From a virus (taxonomy: Duplodnaviria; Heunggongvirae; Uroviricota; Caudoviricetes), in the IMG/VR virus record IMGVR_UViG_3300023297_000003: a stretch of 64,000 nt of DNA. One strand, given 5' to 3'. Shown piece after piece: positions 24,190 to 32,028 of this stretch (the first letter of the stretch is position 1; each line of letters starts with the position of its first letter). Made by a program: the position numbers and the translations under genes. Under the pieces are notes generated by a model. That model had not been told where the DNA came from. It worked only from the letters and a program-made list of their open reading frames with translations, and did not search any database.

Positions 24190-24815
24190 CATTGTGCTTT
24201 TAGCCAATCCATCCAACCACGTAGTCGTGCCTTGGCCAAAGTATCGTAAGCTACTAATTGAACCACCCCATAGGCCGCTCTGTTTTTACCTTCTGGACCT
24301 TTTTTGAGAACTATTTTGATACCTTCAGGAGACACGCCAAAATGTAGGGACCAAAAGGAGGTCACGGCAGAACGTTCATATTCCCTGCAAAAAACCCGTA
24401 CCGTGATACTTTTCGATGTTGTTTTCTGTATGCCCCACCATGCCAGGGACAATAGGGCTGGGTCTGTGTTGGTAACACATAATTGGTTGTCCCCCTTTCT
24501 AGTACCCTCCCCTAGATAGAGCACCACAAAATCCCGCATAAGAGGATCTCTGAGTATTACTGGAGCCTCCTCCCATCCCTTACGATGTGCTGCTTCCCGA
24601 GCAATTCTATGGCGTTTCTGTGTGTCTCTGCACCCTTTTCTTTGCCATTCCTGTTGAGCACGTTTTCGGATAGTTACCCCGTCCACCTCTGGTACGGGCA
24701 ATTCCTTTATCCAAGAGTACACGGTACTCTTGGATCGGCTCAAAATAGAACATATTTCCCCAAGGGAATGTCCTGCTTTTCGCAAGCGTCTTGCTTCCTG
24801 TATAGCATCCACCAT
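24168..24815 (-). CDS. HTH + LAGLIDADG-like putative homing endonuclease
   Basis: GHSLGEICSILSRSKSTVYSW; VVLYLGEG...VTNTDP. Confidence 0.7.
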   Translation of the reverse strand: MVDAIQEARRLRKAGHSLGEICSILSRSKSTVYSWIKELPVPEVDGVTIRKRAQQEWQRKGCRDTQKRHRIAREAAHRKGWEEAPVILRDPLMRDFVVLYLGEGTRKGDNQLCVTNTDPALLSLAWWGIQKTTSKSITVRVFCREYERSAVTSFWSLHFGVSPEGIKIVLKKGPEGKNRAAYGVVQLVAYDTLAKARLRGWMDWLKAQWGDSSNG

Positions 24816-24870
24816 TCAGTACCTCCACACCAAGGTACCATACCATGGTGTGGGGGTTTCTACAAATAAA

Positions 24871-24902
24871 CGCCGTGCTCTAATCCACTGAGCTACACCC
24901 CT
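24871..24902 (-). pseudogene. Orphan tRNA 5' half
   Basis: AGGGGTGTAGCTCAGTGGATTAGAGCACGGCG then abrupt end. Confidence 0.6.
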
Positions 24903-24943
24903 GTAACTGTCACGTCCTCCCACTAAAGGGTAGGAGGTGCCGG

Positions 24944-25183
24944 ATGGCAAAAAAAGGACCACTCAAAAAGATCCTGGCCCGTGCTGTGTTCCCACCAGGG
25001 TTTCCACATTCCCATGACCTGGAGACCACCTGTAAGATCCCCTACGAGGTCCTGGAGTGCGGCCACATTCAACTCCCGGTCTCGGATATCTATGGGGAAA
25101 CAAACGCCTACAGGAGGCGTTGTAGGGCCTGTCAGAGGAAGGACCTGCCCCACGTTGACGTCAGTGACTACAGTCATACCTGA
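24944..25183 (+). CDS. Small Zn-binding protein
   Basis: AGGAGG RBS; LECGH...RRRCRAC. Confidence 0.65.
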   Translation: MAKKGPLKKILARAVFPPGFPHSHDLETTCKIPYEVLECGHIQLPVSDIYGETNAYRRRCRACQRKDLPHVDVSDYSHT

Positions 25184-25286
25184 ACCGCTGCATTGCCCTT
25201 CCCTGATGCAACCCCAGCACGAGCCCGTTTCGGTCTCCTTCTGAGTCGCAGAGCGTCTCAGGCTGGCCCCATTCGAACTTGTTTAG

Positions 25287-25360
25287 TCAGGATGACTGGG
25301 ATCGAACCAGCGACTTTCTGCTCCCAAAGCAGATGCGCTACCAAACTGCGCTACATCCTG
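25287..25360 (-). tRNA. tRNA-Pro(TGG)
   Basis: Canonical. Confidence 0.93.
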
Positions 25361-25365
25361 ATTAA

Positions 25366-25713
25366 TCAACTGCCGTAGTCCACTGCTACCAGCTTTCCGT
25401 TCAGGTAGCCGAAGCTCGACCGCTTATGTTCAACAGGCACCCTCCCAACTGCCCGAGTTACAAAGTTCTGGTAGCTTTTGTCATCCAGGTTCTTTGCCAG
25501 AGGTTCACACTCAGGCATCACCACCACGAACCCCCAAGGGTCTGACCAAAGTACCGGACAAAGTTCCTTCCACCCAGTCCGGCTGAAGGCCCGTTCCTGC
25601 ATGTTTCCCAGGAGTCCCGAAAGGAACAGACGCCACTCCCGTGTGTTGGGAACTTTGATGGCGTAGCCCCTGGCGAGCAGTACCGTTCTGGAGGCCCCTC
25701 TTTTCAGCCGCAT
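25366..25713 (-). CDS. Small kinase-fold-like phage protein
   Basis: GASRTV...YAIKVP...FG...LVAVDYG. Confidence 0.6.
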   Translation of the reverse strand: MRLKRGASRTVLLARGYAIKVPNTREWRLFLSGLLGNMQERAFSRTGWKELCPVLWSDPWGFVVVMPECEPLAKNLDDKSYQNFVTRAVGRVPVEHKRSSFGYLNGKLVAVDYGS

Positions 25714-25744
25714 CCTGATCCTTCCCTTCTCCGTAGTGGGCTGA

Positions 25745-25963
25745 CTATTCTACGTAGCCCTCTCTACGAAGAAAGGACACCTCGACCTCAAGCTCTACCT
25801 CGTCCCCCTTGGACACGTCTTCGGCCTCGTCATCTACGCAGGCTCGTGGAATCCAAAGCTCCTCCCCGGCGAAGCTGTCGTTCCCGTCGATGAGGTCGAT
25901 GTTGATGAGGACCGCCTTGGCTGTTGCAGCCGCTACCGTCCCTTCTACTGTGACATGGCTCAT
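25745..25963 (-). CDS. Small acidic beta protein
   Basis: TAKAVLI...WIPRAC motif; GGAGG RBS. Confidence 0.65.
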   Translation of the reverse strand: MSHVTVEGTVAAATAKAVLINIDLIDGNDSFAGEELWIPRACVDDEAEDVSKGDEVELEVEVSFLRREGYVE

Positions 25964-25982
25964 GTGTACCTCCACGAAGGTA

Positions 25983-26399
25983 CTACTCCAAAGGCTCCTG
26001 GGGAGGAACATGCGATCTTGAGGGCTGCACCACAGACGCCCCGTTTGGAAAGAGGCGACCAGTCAATTTCATCAGGAGGTAGATCACAAAGGGCGACCCC
26101 CCGGATCCTGCAACACCCGCCAAGAGTCCGCCGCTCCAGTGCCAGAAAGCTGCACCGGCCAACGCCCCCAGGGCACCACAACAAGCGGCCAGGATGACGG
26201 CACCCCACAATTCCCACACCTTTGAGATGGCCTTGGCGTCCACCAGATAACGGATCCGCCTGGAAAACCCGAAGGTGATAATGGCTGCGCCACCTGCGAT
26301 CACTGAGGCGATGATGTGCCATGCTACATCGTTGGGGCACCAGGAGTGCCATTGCACCGGGTCAATGCCTGTGGGCACCTGTCCGAGGAGAAAGTCCAT
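25983..26399 (-). CDS. Membrane protein, possibly holin-like
   Basis: Three hydrophobic segments; AGGAGG RBS. Confidence 0.6.
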   Translation of the reverse strand: MDFLLGQVPTGIDPVQWHSWCPNDVAWHIIASVIAGGAAIITFGFSRRIRYLVDAKAISKVWELWGAVILAACCGALGALAGAAFWHWSGGLLAGVAGSGGSPFVIYLLMKLTGRLFPNGASVVQPSRSHVPPQEPLE

Positions 26400-26440
26400 C
26401 ACACACCTCCTAATGAAGGAAGGGTGATAGGGGGACTCTC

Positions 26441-26516
26441 GGCCCTCCCCGTGGGACTCGGACCCACCCCCTGGCCGCACGGACAACAGGAGCGATCCCT
26501 GGTTAGCTGGAGAGGA
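26441..26516 (-). ncRNA. tRNA-like RNA with 8-bp acceptor
   Basis: TCCTCTCC/GGGGAGGG; GTGGG-TCCGAGT-CCCAC. Confidence 0.45.
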
Positions 26517-26592
26517 TGGCGGGTACCGAGGGACTTGAACCCCCAGTCAACAGGTTAACGGCCTGCGGCTTTACCAATTAAGCTAGGTACCC
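26517..26592 (-). tRNA. tRNA-Asn(GTT), C33, G1:C72
   Basis: Loop CCGTTAA, G73, CCA. Confidence 0.88.
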
Positions 26593-26593
26593 G

Positions 26594-26670
26594 TGGGGTG
26601 TGCGACCGGGTTTGAACCGGCGACCTTCGAGACCACAACCCGATGCTCTGCCAACTGAGCTACGCACACC
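26594..26670 (-). tRNA. tRNA-His(GTG)
   Basis: G-1:C73, CCA. Confidence 0.93.
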
Positions 26671-26839
26671 ATAGACACGGAACGTTCCCTTCACGTACCG
26701 GCCCAAAGAACAGGGGTCAGGAGAACAGTTTCGTACCCCAGGCTTAACGTACCTGTTGTGAGGGAGGCATCCCAGGCCCAGTCCAACAACGCCAGGTCTG
26801 TGGTGGGGAACCTTTGACCTGTGGCGGGAGTGAGGGGAC

Positions 26840-27481
26840 TCAATCCGATCCACCCCCTGTTTTCAACTTGTCCCAACGTTCCTTGGCATCCTCAGTGGCG
26901 GACACTGAGGATGCCAAATGGGAAATCTCTTGCCATTTCCATACGTAGCATGTGTCGGTCTCGTAGTCGTACCCTACGAAGATGTCTAGCTCACCGTCTA
27001 AATAGGGTCGGACCTTTCGTCTTCCGTTTGAACATTGAAGTACGAACAGAGGGCTACCATATTCTCCTTTCTTGCTAGATTTGACCTGGACCCGCAGGGG
27101 TGTTCCGCCGGGAACATCAACCAACCAATCTGACTTGTCCCCATCAAACATTGATCCGAACGGACAAAACCCATGAAGAATCAGTCGGTATAGGGCCGCA
27201 GCCTCCGACAATTTGGCCTTCTGCAAACGGGTCAGCTTTTTCCAGGGGACTTTGATACAGAACTTGGAGAGTGGCTGGTCCTCACACTTCTTTCGTCTGC
27301 CGAGGGCTACGGAACTACGGTGACGTTCGAGGATCTCTTCCTTTGTCAAAGGGCAACCCCTGAGCATCATACTAGCTGTGCCCTTGGAAACATCTAACTC
27401 AGATGCAATCTCGTCTAAGGAGTACCGTTTTTCAGTCCTCAGACGAATGGCATCATCCTTGAGATGCTGTTTGCTCTGCAT
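26840..27481 (-). CDS. HTH + PD-(D/E)xK homing endonuclease, paralog of 18464-19108
   Basis: Shared HGF.PFGS.FDGDK.DWLV, QVK, VGYD, ERWDKL. Confidence 0.82.
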   Translation of the reverse strand: MQSKQHLKDDAIRLRTEKRYSLDEIASELDVSKGTASMMLRGCPLTKEEILERHRSSVALGRRKKCEDQPLSKFCIKVPWKKLTRLQKAKLSEAAALYRLILHGFCPFGSMFDGDKSDWLVDVPGGTPLRVQVKSSKKGEYGSPLFVLQCSNGRRKVRPYLDGELDIFVGYDYETDTCYVWKWQEISHLASSVSATEDAKERWDKLKTGGGSD

Positions 27482-27525
27482 TTGAACCTCCTACTGTGAC
27501 CATACTGCACATATAGAAGGTCTAT

Positions 27526-27586
27526 TGACGGGAACGACAAGGTATGATCCCGCAACCCCCGTTGCGCTACATTGCGCTACATCCCC
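27526..27586 (-). pseudogene. Degenerate tRNA lacking anticodon arm
   Basis: GGGGATGTAGCGCAATGTAGCGC...CGTTCCCGTCA. Confidence 0.5.
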
Positions 27587-27590
27587 GTAG

Positions 27591-27664
27591 AACAACCACC
27601 CGGAATCGAACCGGGATCCATCACCTTAAGTCAGGAGTGCTCTGCCAACTTGAGCTATGGCTGA
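27591..27664 (-). pseudogene. Degenerate tRNA (CTT-like loop, unpaired anticodon stem)
   Basis: Intact D and T arms. Confidence 0.6.
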
Positions 27665-27715
27665 TATTGAAAAAGAAACTCGACGGCAGGGTTGGGCACC
27701 CTCTGCCGTCGCTTG

Positions 27716-27736
27716 GTTATTCAGTTGTCAAAGATC
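27716..27736 (-). promoter_or_regulatory. rRNA-leader-type boxA element
   Basis: GATCTTTGACAACTGAATAAC immediately 5' of tRNA array. Confidence 0.55.
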
Positions 27737-27774
27737 CTCCCCCGTTTCCGAGGGACGGGCTTCGTGAAGCCCTT

Positions 27775-27816
27775 AAACGCCGAAAGCCGAACACCCTTTC
27801 GGGGTGTCCGGCTCTC
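27775..27816 (-). terminator. Attenuator terminator hairpin
   Basis: GAGAGCCGGACACCC-CGAAA-GGGTGTTCGGCTTTC-GGCGTTT. Confidence 0.6.
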
Positions 27817-27841
27817 AGTTACTTGCAGGTTTTACCTGAAG

Positions 27842-27997
27842 TTAGAGGCCGGGCACCCCCTTGGGATCGCCGCCCTTGTCATTCCCACGTACATGGGATG
27901 CGTCGGTCGGGATACCCATGGGCTGTCCGACAGACCGACACACGGCAGCGGCTCTCACCGCTGGGCGTTTGAATCGGTTTTGTTTCTGCCTGGACAT
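27842..27997 (-). CDS. Putative leader peptide (51 aa)
   Basis: Short ORF between promoter and terminator; its 3' end forms an alternative pairing. Confidence 0.5.
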   Translation of the reverse strand: MSRQKQNRFKRPAVRAAAVCRSVGQPMGIPTDASHVRGNDKGGDPKGVPGL

Positions 27998-28067
27998 GCC
28001 GTATAAATCCTCTGCATCCCTTCTCAAGGATGCTACTTCAGAGCCGAGGTTAGCCTCGACGTTTTTA

Positions 28068-28097
28068 TCTATACCGAAGCCGGGGCTTCCTTGTCAA
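28068..28097 (-). promoter_or_regulatory. sigma70-like promoter
   Basis: TTGACA-N18-TATAGA with upstream A tract. Confidence 0.55.
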
Positions 28098-28161
28098 CAC
28101 CTTTTTTCAATCCGCCCGAACTTTCTTCACTCGGCGCAGGCAACCTTGCTCTGCACAACGT

Positions 28162-28188
28162 CTACTCAGGGAGTTCCTGAGATGATCC
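28162..28188 (-). promoter_or_regulatory. GGATCATC-N13-GAGTAG promoter-like motif
   Basis: Exact match. Confidence 0.7.
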
Positions 28189-28195
28189 AACTGTC

Positions 28196-28453
28196 TCAAA
28201 ATAGATTCAGATAGTCCAGTTGAAAGGGTTCGCCCATGAGATGAAGGCCCGGAAGAAACACCGGCTCGGCGGCAGGAGGTTCCTCGGGTGGGGGGTCGTT
28301 TCGCAGGGCCGGACACAGTCGGTCAGGATCCATAAGGTGCAGCCACATCTGCCAGAGGGCCTCTTCACCACCCTCCTCGTAAACGTACAGCAACCAACCG
28401 ACCCGTGGGTCAGGAGGCACCGGGGGGCAAGACCACCTAGTCACCACTGACAT
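28196..28453 (-). CDS. Hypothetical protein
   Basis: ORF following upstream gene. Confidence 0.4.
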   Translation of the reverse strand: MSVVTRWSCPPVPPDPRVGWLLYVYEEGGEEALWQMWLHLMDPDRLCPALRNDPPPEEPPAAEPVFLPGLHLMGEPFQLDYLNLF

Positions 28454-28907
28454 CGGGCAACCCTGTGCTGCCGGTGATCCCTGTGGAGTCCCCGGTGATG
28501 TAGGACTCGATGACGAAGGACGCCGAGGTGAAGTCCTTGGGGAATAGCACACCCCTCTTCTTCTCTATCTCTCGGGACAGGGACCATGCGACAACTTTGC
28601 CCTTTTCCAGCAATGTCTGAAGGATGAGCCGCTTGTAGTATGAGTGATGATGTTCGACGGTCTCAGGGGCGGCAAAAGGCCGGGCTTTTTCCTGTCGCCC
28701 GAAGAAACGTCCTTTGTACTCCTCCAGTTTCGCCTGGAGTTGCCGGACCAGCTTCTTGTTCCGGCGGTCGAGCTTGATGACGGGGGACTCCAAGGGCATG
28801 GCCTTGCCCTCCATCATTACCTGACCGTCCTCCACCGTATAGGGTGTGCCCTGCTCCTTCAGGAGAGCGCACATCTCTTCGAGCGTGTATTTCAATTTCC
28901 GTCTCAT
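28437..28907 (-). CDS. Hypothetical protein
   Basis: AGGAG RBS, MRRKLKY... Confidence 0.65.
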   Translation of the reverse strand: MRRKLKYTLEEMCALLKEQGTPYTVEDGQVMMEGKAMPLESPVIKLDRRNKKLVRQLQAKLEEYKGRFFGRQEKARPFAAPETVEHHHSYYKRLILQTLLEKGKVVAWSLSREIEKKRGVLFPKDFTSASFVIESYITGDSTGITGSTGLPDVSGD

Positions 28908-29191
28908 AACGTGTCTCCTTCCTTGGGGGGATCCCAGGGGTCTGGTTCCATGACGTTGAGTCCCGTCATCCTCTCTACTCGTCTGAGGGTTCGAGGAGAT
29001 AATCCCCCGTGGTCGGGCACGCCGTGCCACCACCCCTCAAGCACCATTTCCGGGTCAGGGTCGGTGTTGGGGGAGAGCATCTTCAACCAACGGCAATAGG
29101 CGGTCGCCGCCAGATGCACGGCTTTCCTTGTAGGACCGAATACGAGACAACCCCCGAGGAGGAGCCACCGTTGACGGGGGGTGAAAGTCAC
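28904..29191 (-). CDS. Hypothetical protein
   Basis: Coupled ORF. Confidence 0.55.
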   Translation of the reverse strand: MTFTPRQRWLLLGGCLVFGPTRKAVHLAATAYCRWLKMLSPNTDPDPEMVLEGWWHGVPDHGGLSPRTLRRVERMTGLNVMEPDPWDPPKEGDTL

Positions 29192-29481
29192 TTGGTGTTT
29201 CCTCTCATCCCCGTCACAGGTGTCCCTTCCGGGGGTTTCTCACCGGGCGTACAGTACAGAACGGCCATGCCTGCCAGCCCATTCCTGTGACTTGCATTTC
29301 TGGTACACCACAAGATCCGGCACATCTGGGGCCAACCGCTTTCGGTCGAGGTGGCTTGATTGAACTCTACGCACGCCGTGGGTGGCGTTGCCGTAGCCGT
29401 ATCCTTCTTCTCGGGGGGCCTGTCCCCTTTACATCCGAGAAAAAATAAGGAGAGGGTCACCAGTACCAATGTTGTTTTCAT
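29188..29481 (-). CDS. Putative lipoprotein
   Basis: MKTTLVLVTLSLFFLGC lipobox. Confidence 0.7.
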   Translation of the reverse strand: MKTTLVLVTLSLFFLGCKGDRPPEKKDTATATPPTACVEFNQATSTESGWPQMCRILWCTRNASHRNGLAGMAVLYCTPGEKPPEGTPVTGMRGNTK

Positions 29482-29485
29482 CTCG

Positions 29486-30061
29486 TCACCTTTCCTGTGG
29501 TGGGTATAGCCCGTTCTGTTCAATGTATCTGAACACGTCGTAGGGCACCCGGCCCCGGACCATCTTTTCCCGGTGCTCCGGTTTAATCAATGCCAACGTC
29601 GTTCGGATTCCTGTGCTGGAGATGCCAGGGAGCTTGATTGGATCGGTGGCTGCAGCCCCCACGGCGTCGGGGGCACGCCCCAGGACATGGATCTCCGCCA
29701 ACTCCCGAACCACCTCTGGCTCCTTCCAGCGGTCGAGGGCATCTCTCTCGTCCTCGCCAATCACCAGCACGAACTCGTGGTGGGGGTGGGTCTCTTTGAG
29801 GAACCGCAGGAGGTCCACTGTGTACTTGGTCTTCAGTTCCTTCTCGAAGGTGGGCACCGTCACGAACTTGAAAATGCTGAAGGCACGGCGGCACATCTCC
29901 ACCCGAGTGTCAAAGTCCGTCATCTCCTTCCCGAAGGCATGTTTCCAGCAGGGGACAACCCACATTAGATCCACGTTTGCCGTGGCCATCACCTCGGTCA
30001 CAGCCAGGACGTGACTGATATGCGGGGGGTCGAAGGCACCACCGTAAATGCCGACCCTCAT
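29486..30061 (-). CDS. nadD: Nicotinate-nucleotide adenylyltransferase
   Basis: GIYGGAFDPPHISH, YTVDLL, VIGED, W, ISSTGIR. Confidence 0.9.
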   Translation of the reverse strand: MRVGIYGGAFDPPHISHVLAVTEVMATANVDLMWVVPCWKHAFGKEMTDFDTRVEMCRRAFSIFKFVTVPTFEKELKTKYTVDLLRFLKETHPHHEFVLVIGEDERDALDRWKEPEVVRELAEIHVLGRAPDAVGAAATDPIKLPGISSTGIRTTLALIKPEHREKMVRGRVPYDVFRYIEQNGLYPPQER

Positions 30062-30711
30062 TCCAGCACTCCCTTCAGCATCAGGACTGCCCAAGCATTA
30101 TGAAGGATCAGGCTGTGATCGAAGGCCAGCTTGGGCGAGGAGGACAGAGGCCACCAGCGGCACTCGGGGGACTCGGCCTTTTCCTCCGCACCCGTGGTGG
30201 TTGCAGCCTCCCTGTCGGTCACCACGACTCCGAAGCTGGTGGACAGGACACGACCACGAGGATCCCGGTCGGGTTCATCATGGGTTTTGATCTGGTCGAA
30301 CCGATTTTCCGGCACGTCCAAGCCGGTCTCTTCCTTCAGTTCCCGCCTCACGGATGTGACGAGGCGCTCTCCGGGGTCCATGAAGCCCCCTGGAAGCGCC
30401 CACTCATCCTCGTGAGGGTCACCCGTGCGTCCCCGCCGAACGGCCAGGAACTGCGGTCCACCGGCCTCCTGGGGCCGCATGTGGAACACGACGGCGTCCA
30501 CTGTGTGATCCGCCTTGGCGTACTGGTAGACGTGACCCTTGGCCATCATCGCCAGGGCCTCCTGCCATAGTTCGGTGTACTGCGTGGGATCTACATCCGC
30601 TGCTTCCAGGATCTCCTCAGGGGTCCACGATGGTAACCCTCGTCCTGCCCCGCACTCACGCAGAATGTGGGTCGCCAGTTGCTCCACCATCAGGTTGTGT
30701 CGGCGGCTCAT
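30058..30711 (-). CDS. Nudix hydrolase (ADP-ribose pyrophosphatase/NrtR-like)
   Basis: WALPGGFMDPGE...RRELKEETGL, RDPRGRVLS, LAFDH. Confidence 0.9.
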   Translation of the reverse strand: MSRRHNLMVEQLATHILRECGAGRGLPSWTPEEILEAADVDPTQYTELWQEALAMMAKGHVYQYAKADHTVDAVVFHMRPQEAGGPQFLAVRRGRTGDPHEDEWALPGGFMDPGERLVTSVRRELKEETGLDVPENRFDQIKTHDEPDRDPRGRVLSTSFGVVVTDREAATTTGAEEKAESPECRWWPLSSSPKLAFDHSLILHNAWAVLMLKGVLE

Positions 30712-30884
30712 AACCCCTCCCCGCACGCCTCGAAACAGGCTCTTAACGCTTCCTTGACACACTCGGTGTCGGTGCCACAGGTCTCCTTGACCGTAGGGCC
30801 ACACTGCTGGATGCAGTTCCCTACACAACCTTGAGCCAGGAGGGCCACCGCAACCAGGACAGCCGCTGTCAGCAGCCGTCTCAC
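30708..30884 (-). CDS. Cys-rich lipoprotein (58 aa, not in ORF track)
   Basis: VRRLLTAAVLVAVALLAQGC-VGNCIQQC...C...C...CFEAC; overlapping start/stop both sides. Confidence 0.7.
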   Translation of the reverse strand: MRRLLTAAVLVAVALLAQGCVGNCIQQCGPTVKETCGTDTECVKEALRACFEACGEGL

Positions 30885-31138
30885 GGGGATTCCCTGGATG
30901 ACTTGGACTCGTCATCCTCGTTTTCGGATGGACACGGGCACCCGCTGGCGCTGCTCGCATTGCCGTTGCAGACGGGGAAGCAACCATCCAGCACCTTTTG
31001 GATGCACTTCTGGTCCCCCTCCTTGCAGAGTTCCTCCGCCGTGACCCGGCACTGTGCCACGCAGGATGATGTGGTGGTTCCACACCCGAGGAACAGCATT
31101 GCGGCCAGAACCAGGATCAGTAACAGATACTTCATCAT
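30881..31138 (-). CDS. Cys-rich lipoprotein
   Basis: LFLGC lipobox; same Cys spacing as downstream gene. Confidence 0.75.
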   Translation of the reverse strand: MMKYLLLILVLAAMLFLGCGTTTSSCVAQCRVTAEELCKEGDQKCIQKVLDGCFPVCNGNASSASGCPCPSENEDDESKSSRESP

Positions 31139-31959
31139 TCGGTCTCCTCTGTGTTCAGCACCGGGTCGGCTTCGTGGAAGATCACATCTGCTCGGTTCAC
31201 CACCGACCCGAAGCTGGGCATGTCAATCACTTGAACCTCTGCCCTCTCCACGATCAGTCCCGGATTGGACCGGGCTTCGTGTTTGGCAGGCAGTTTGTCG
31301 ATCTCACTTGTTGTGAAGGGGCGCTGCACATGGACCCGTCGCACCCAGGTACCCCGCTTCGCCCATGCCGGGTAGTCGTTCCAGTTGACACCCCTGAGTT
31401 CGTGGAGCCTATCCTGGATCACACTGGTGGACAGGCCCTGCATCTCTTTGTGGGAGAACTCGGCCTGCCCTGCGGACAGGATGCTGTTCCGGGTGGCGTC
31501 CCGTTCCCGCCAGAGGAAACAATTGGCTGCTTCCTCCAACGTAGGCACTTGCCACACCCGGCAATCGAACGTGGGGGACAGGTGGGCCTTCTTCGGGAGG
31601 TAGTCGGGCAGCAGCCAGTTGAACTCTACCGATGCCATCGCTGCCAGCATGCTGGTCATCTTCGTGATGCGTCCGTCGAAGAACACCTGACTTTTGGTGT
31701 CCGGGCTGTAGAAGACGAGCGAAATCTCGTCGGACTGTCGGTAGCCGATGAGCGCCCCGGTCTTCCGGACCAGGAAATGGGTCACCGCCACCATCAGGTC
31801 CTTGAATCGTGTGTCAAAGGGCCGCTCCAATCCCTTGCAGAACGAGTGGAACGCTCGTCCATCCAGACGTGCCATGATCGGAAGCAAGGGCATGAAGCGC
31901 CGGTTGCACTCCAGGCCCTCGTACTGCTTCATCCTGTCACCCAGTGCGTCATTCATCAT
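31135..31959 (-). CDS. Thg1-like tRNA(His) guanylyltransferase / 3'-5' RNA polymerase
   Basis: RLDGRAFHSF, QSDEIS, FFDGRITK, FDCR, WRERDATRNSI. Confidence 0.93.
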   Translation of the reverse strand: MMNDALGDRMKQYEGLECNRRFMPLLPIMARLDGRAFHSFCKGLERPFDTRFKDLMVAVTHFLVRKTGALIGYRQSDEISLVFYSPDTKSQVFFDGRITKMTSMLAAMASVEFNWLLPDYLPKKAHLSPTFDCRVWQVPTLEEAANCFLWRERDATRNSILSAGQAEFSHKEMQGLSTSVIQDRLHELRGVNWNDYPAWAKRGTWVRRVHVQRPFTTSEIDKLPAKHEARSNPGLIVERAEVQVIDMPSFGSVVNRADVIFHEADPVLNTEETE

Positions 31960-32001
31960 TAGGCCCTTTGTCCTTGGGCATTGTGCCACCTCCTACCCTG
32001 T

Positions 32002-32028
32002 CTACTCAGGGTCTGGTTGAGATGATCC
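32002..32028 (-). promoter_or_regulatory. GGATCATC-N13-GAGTAG promoter-like motif
   Basis: Exact match upstream of Thg1. Confidence 0.7.
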
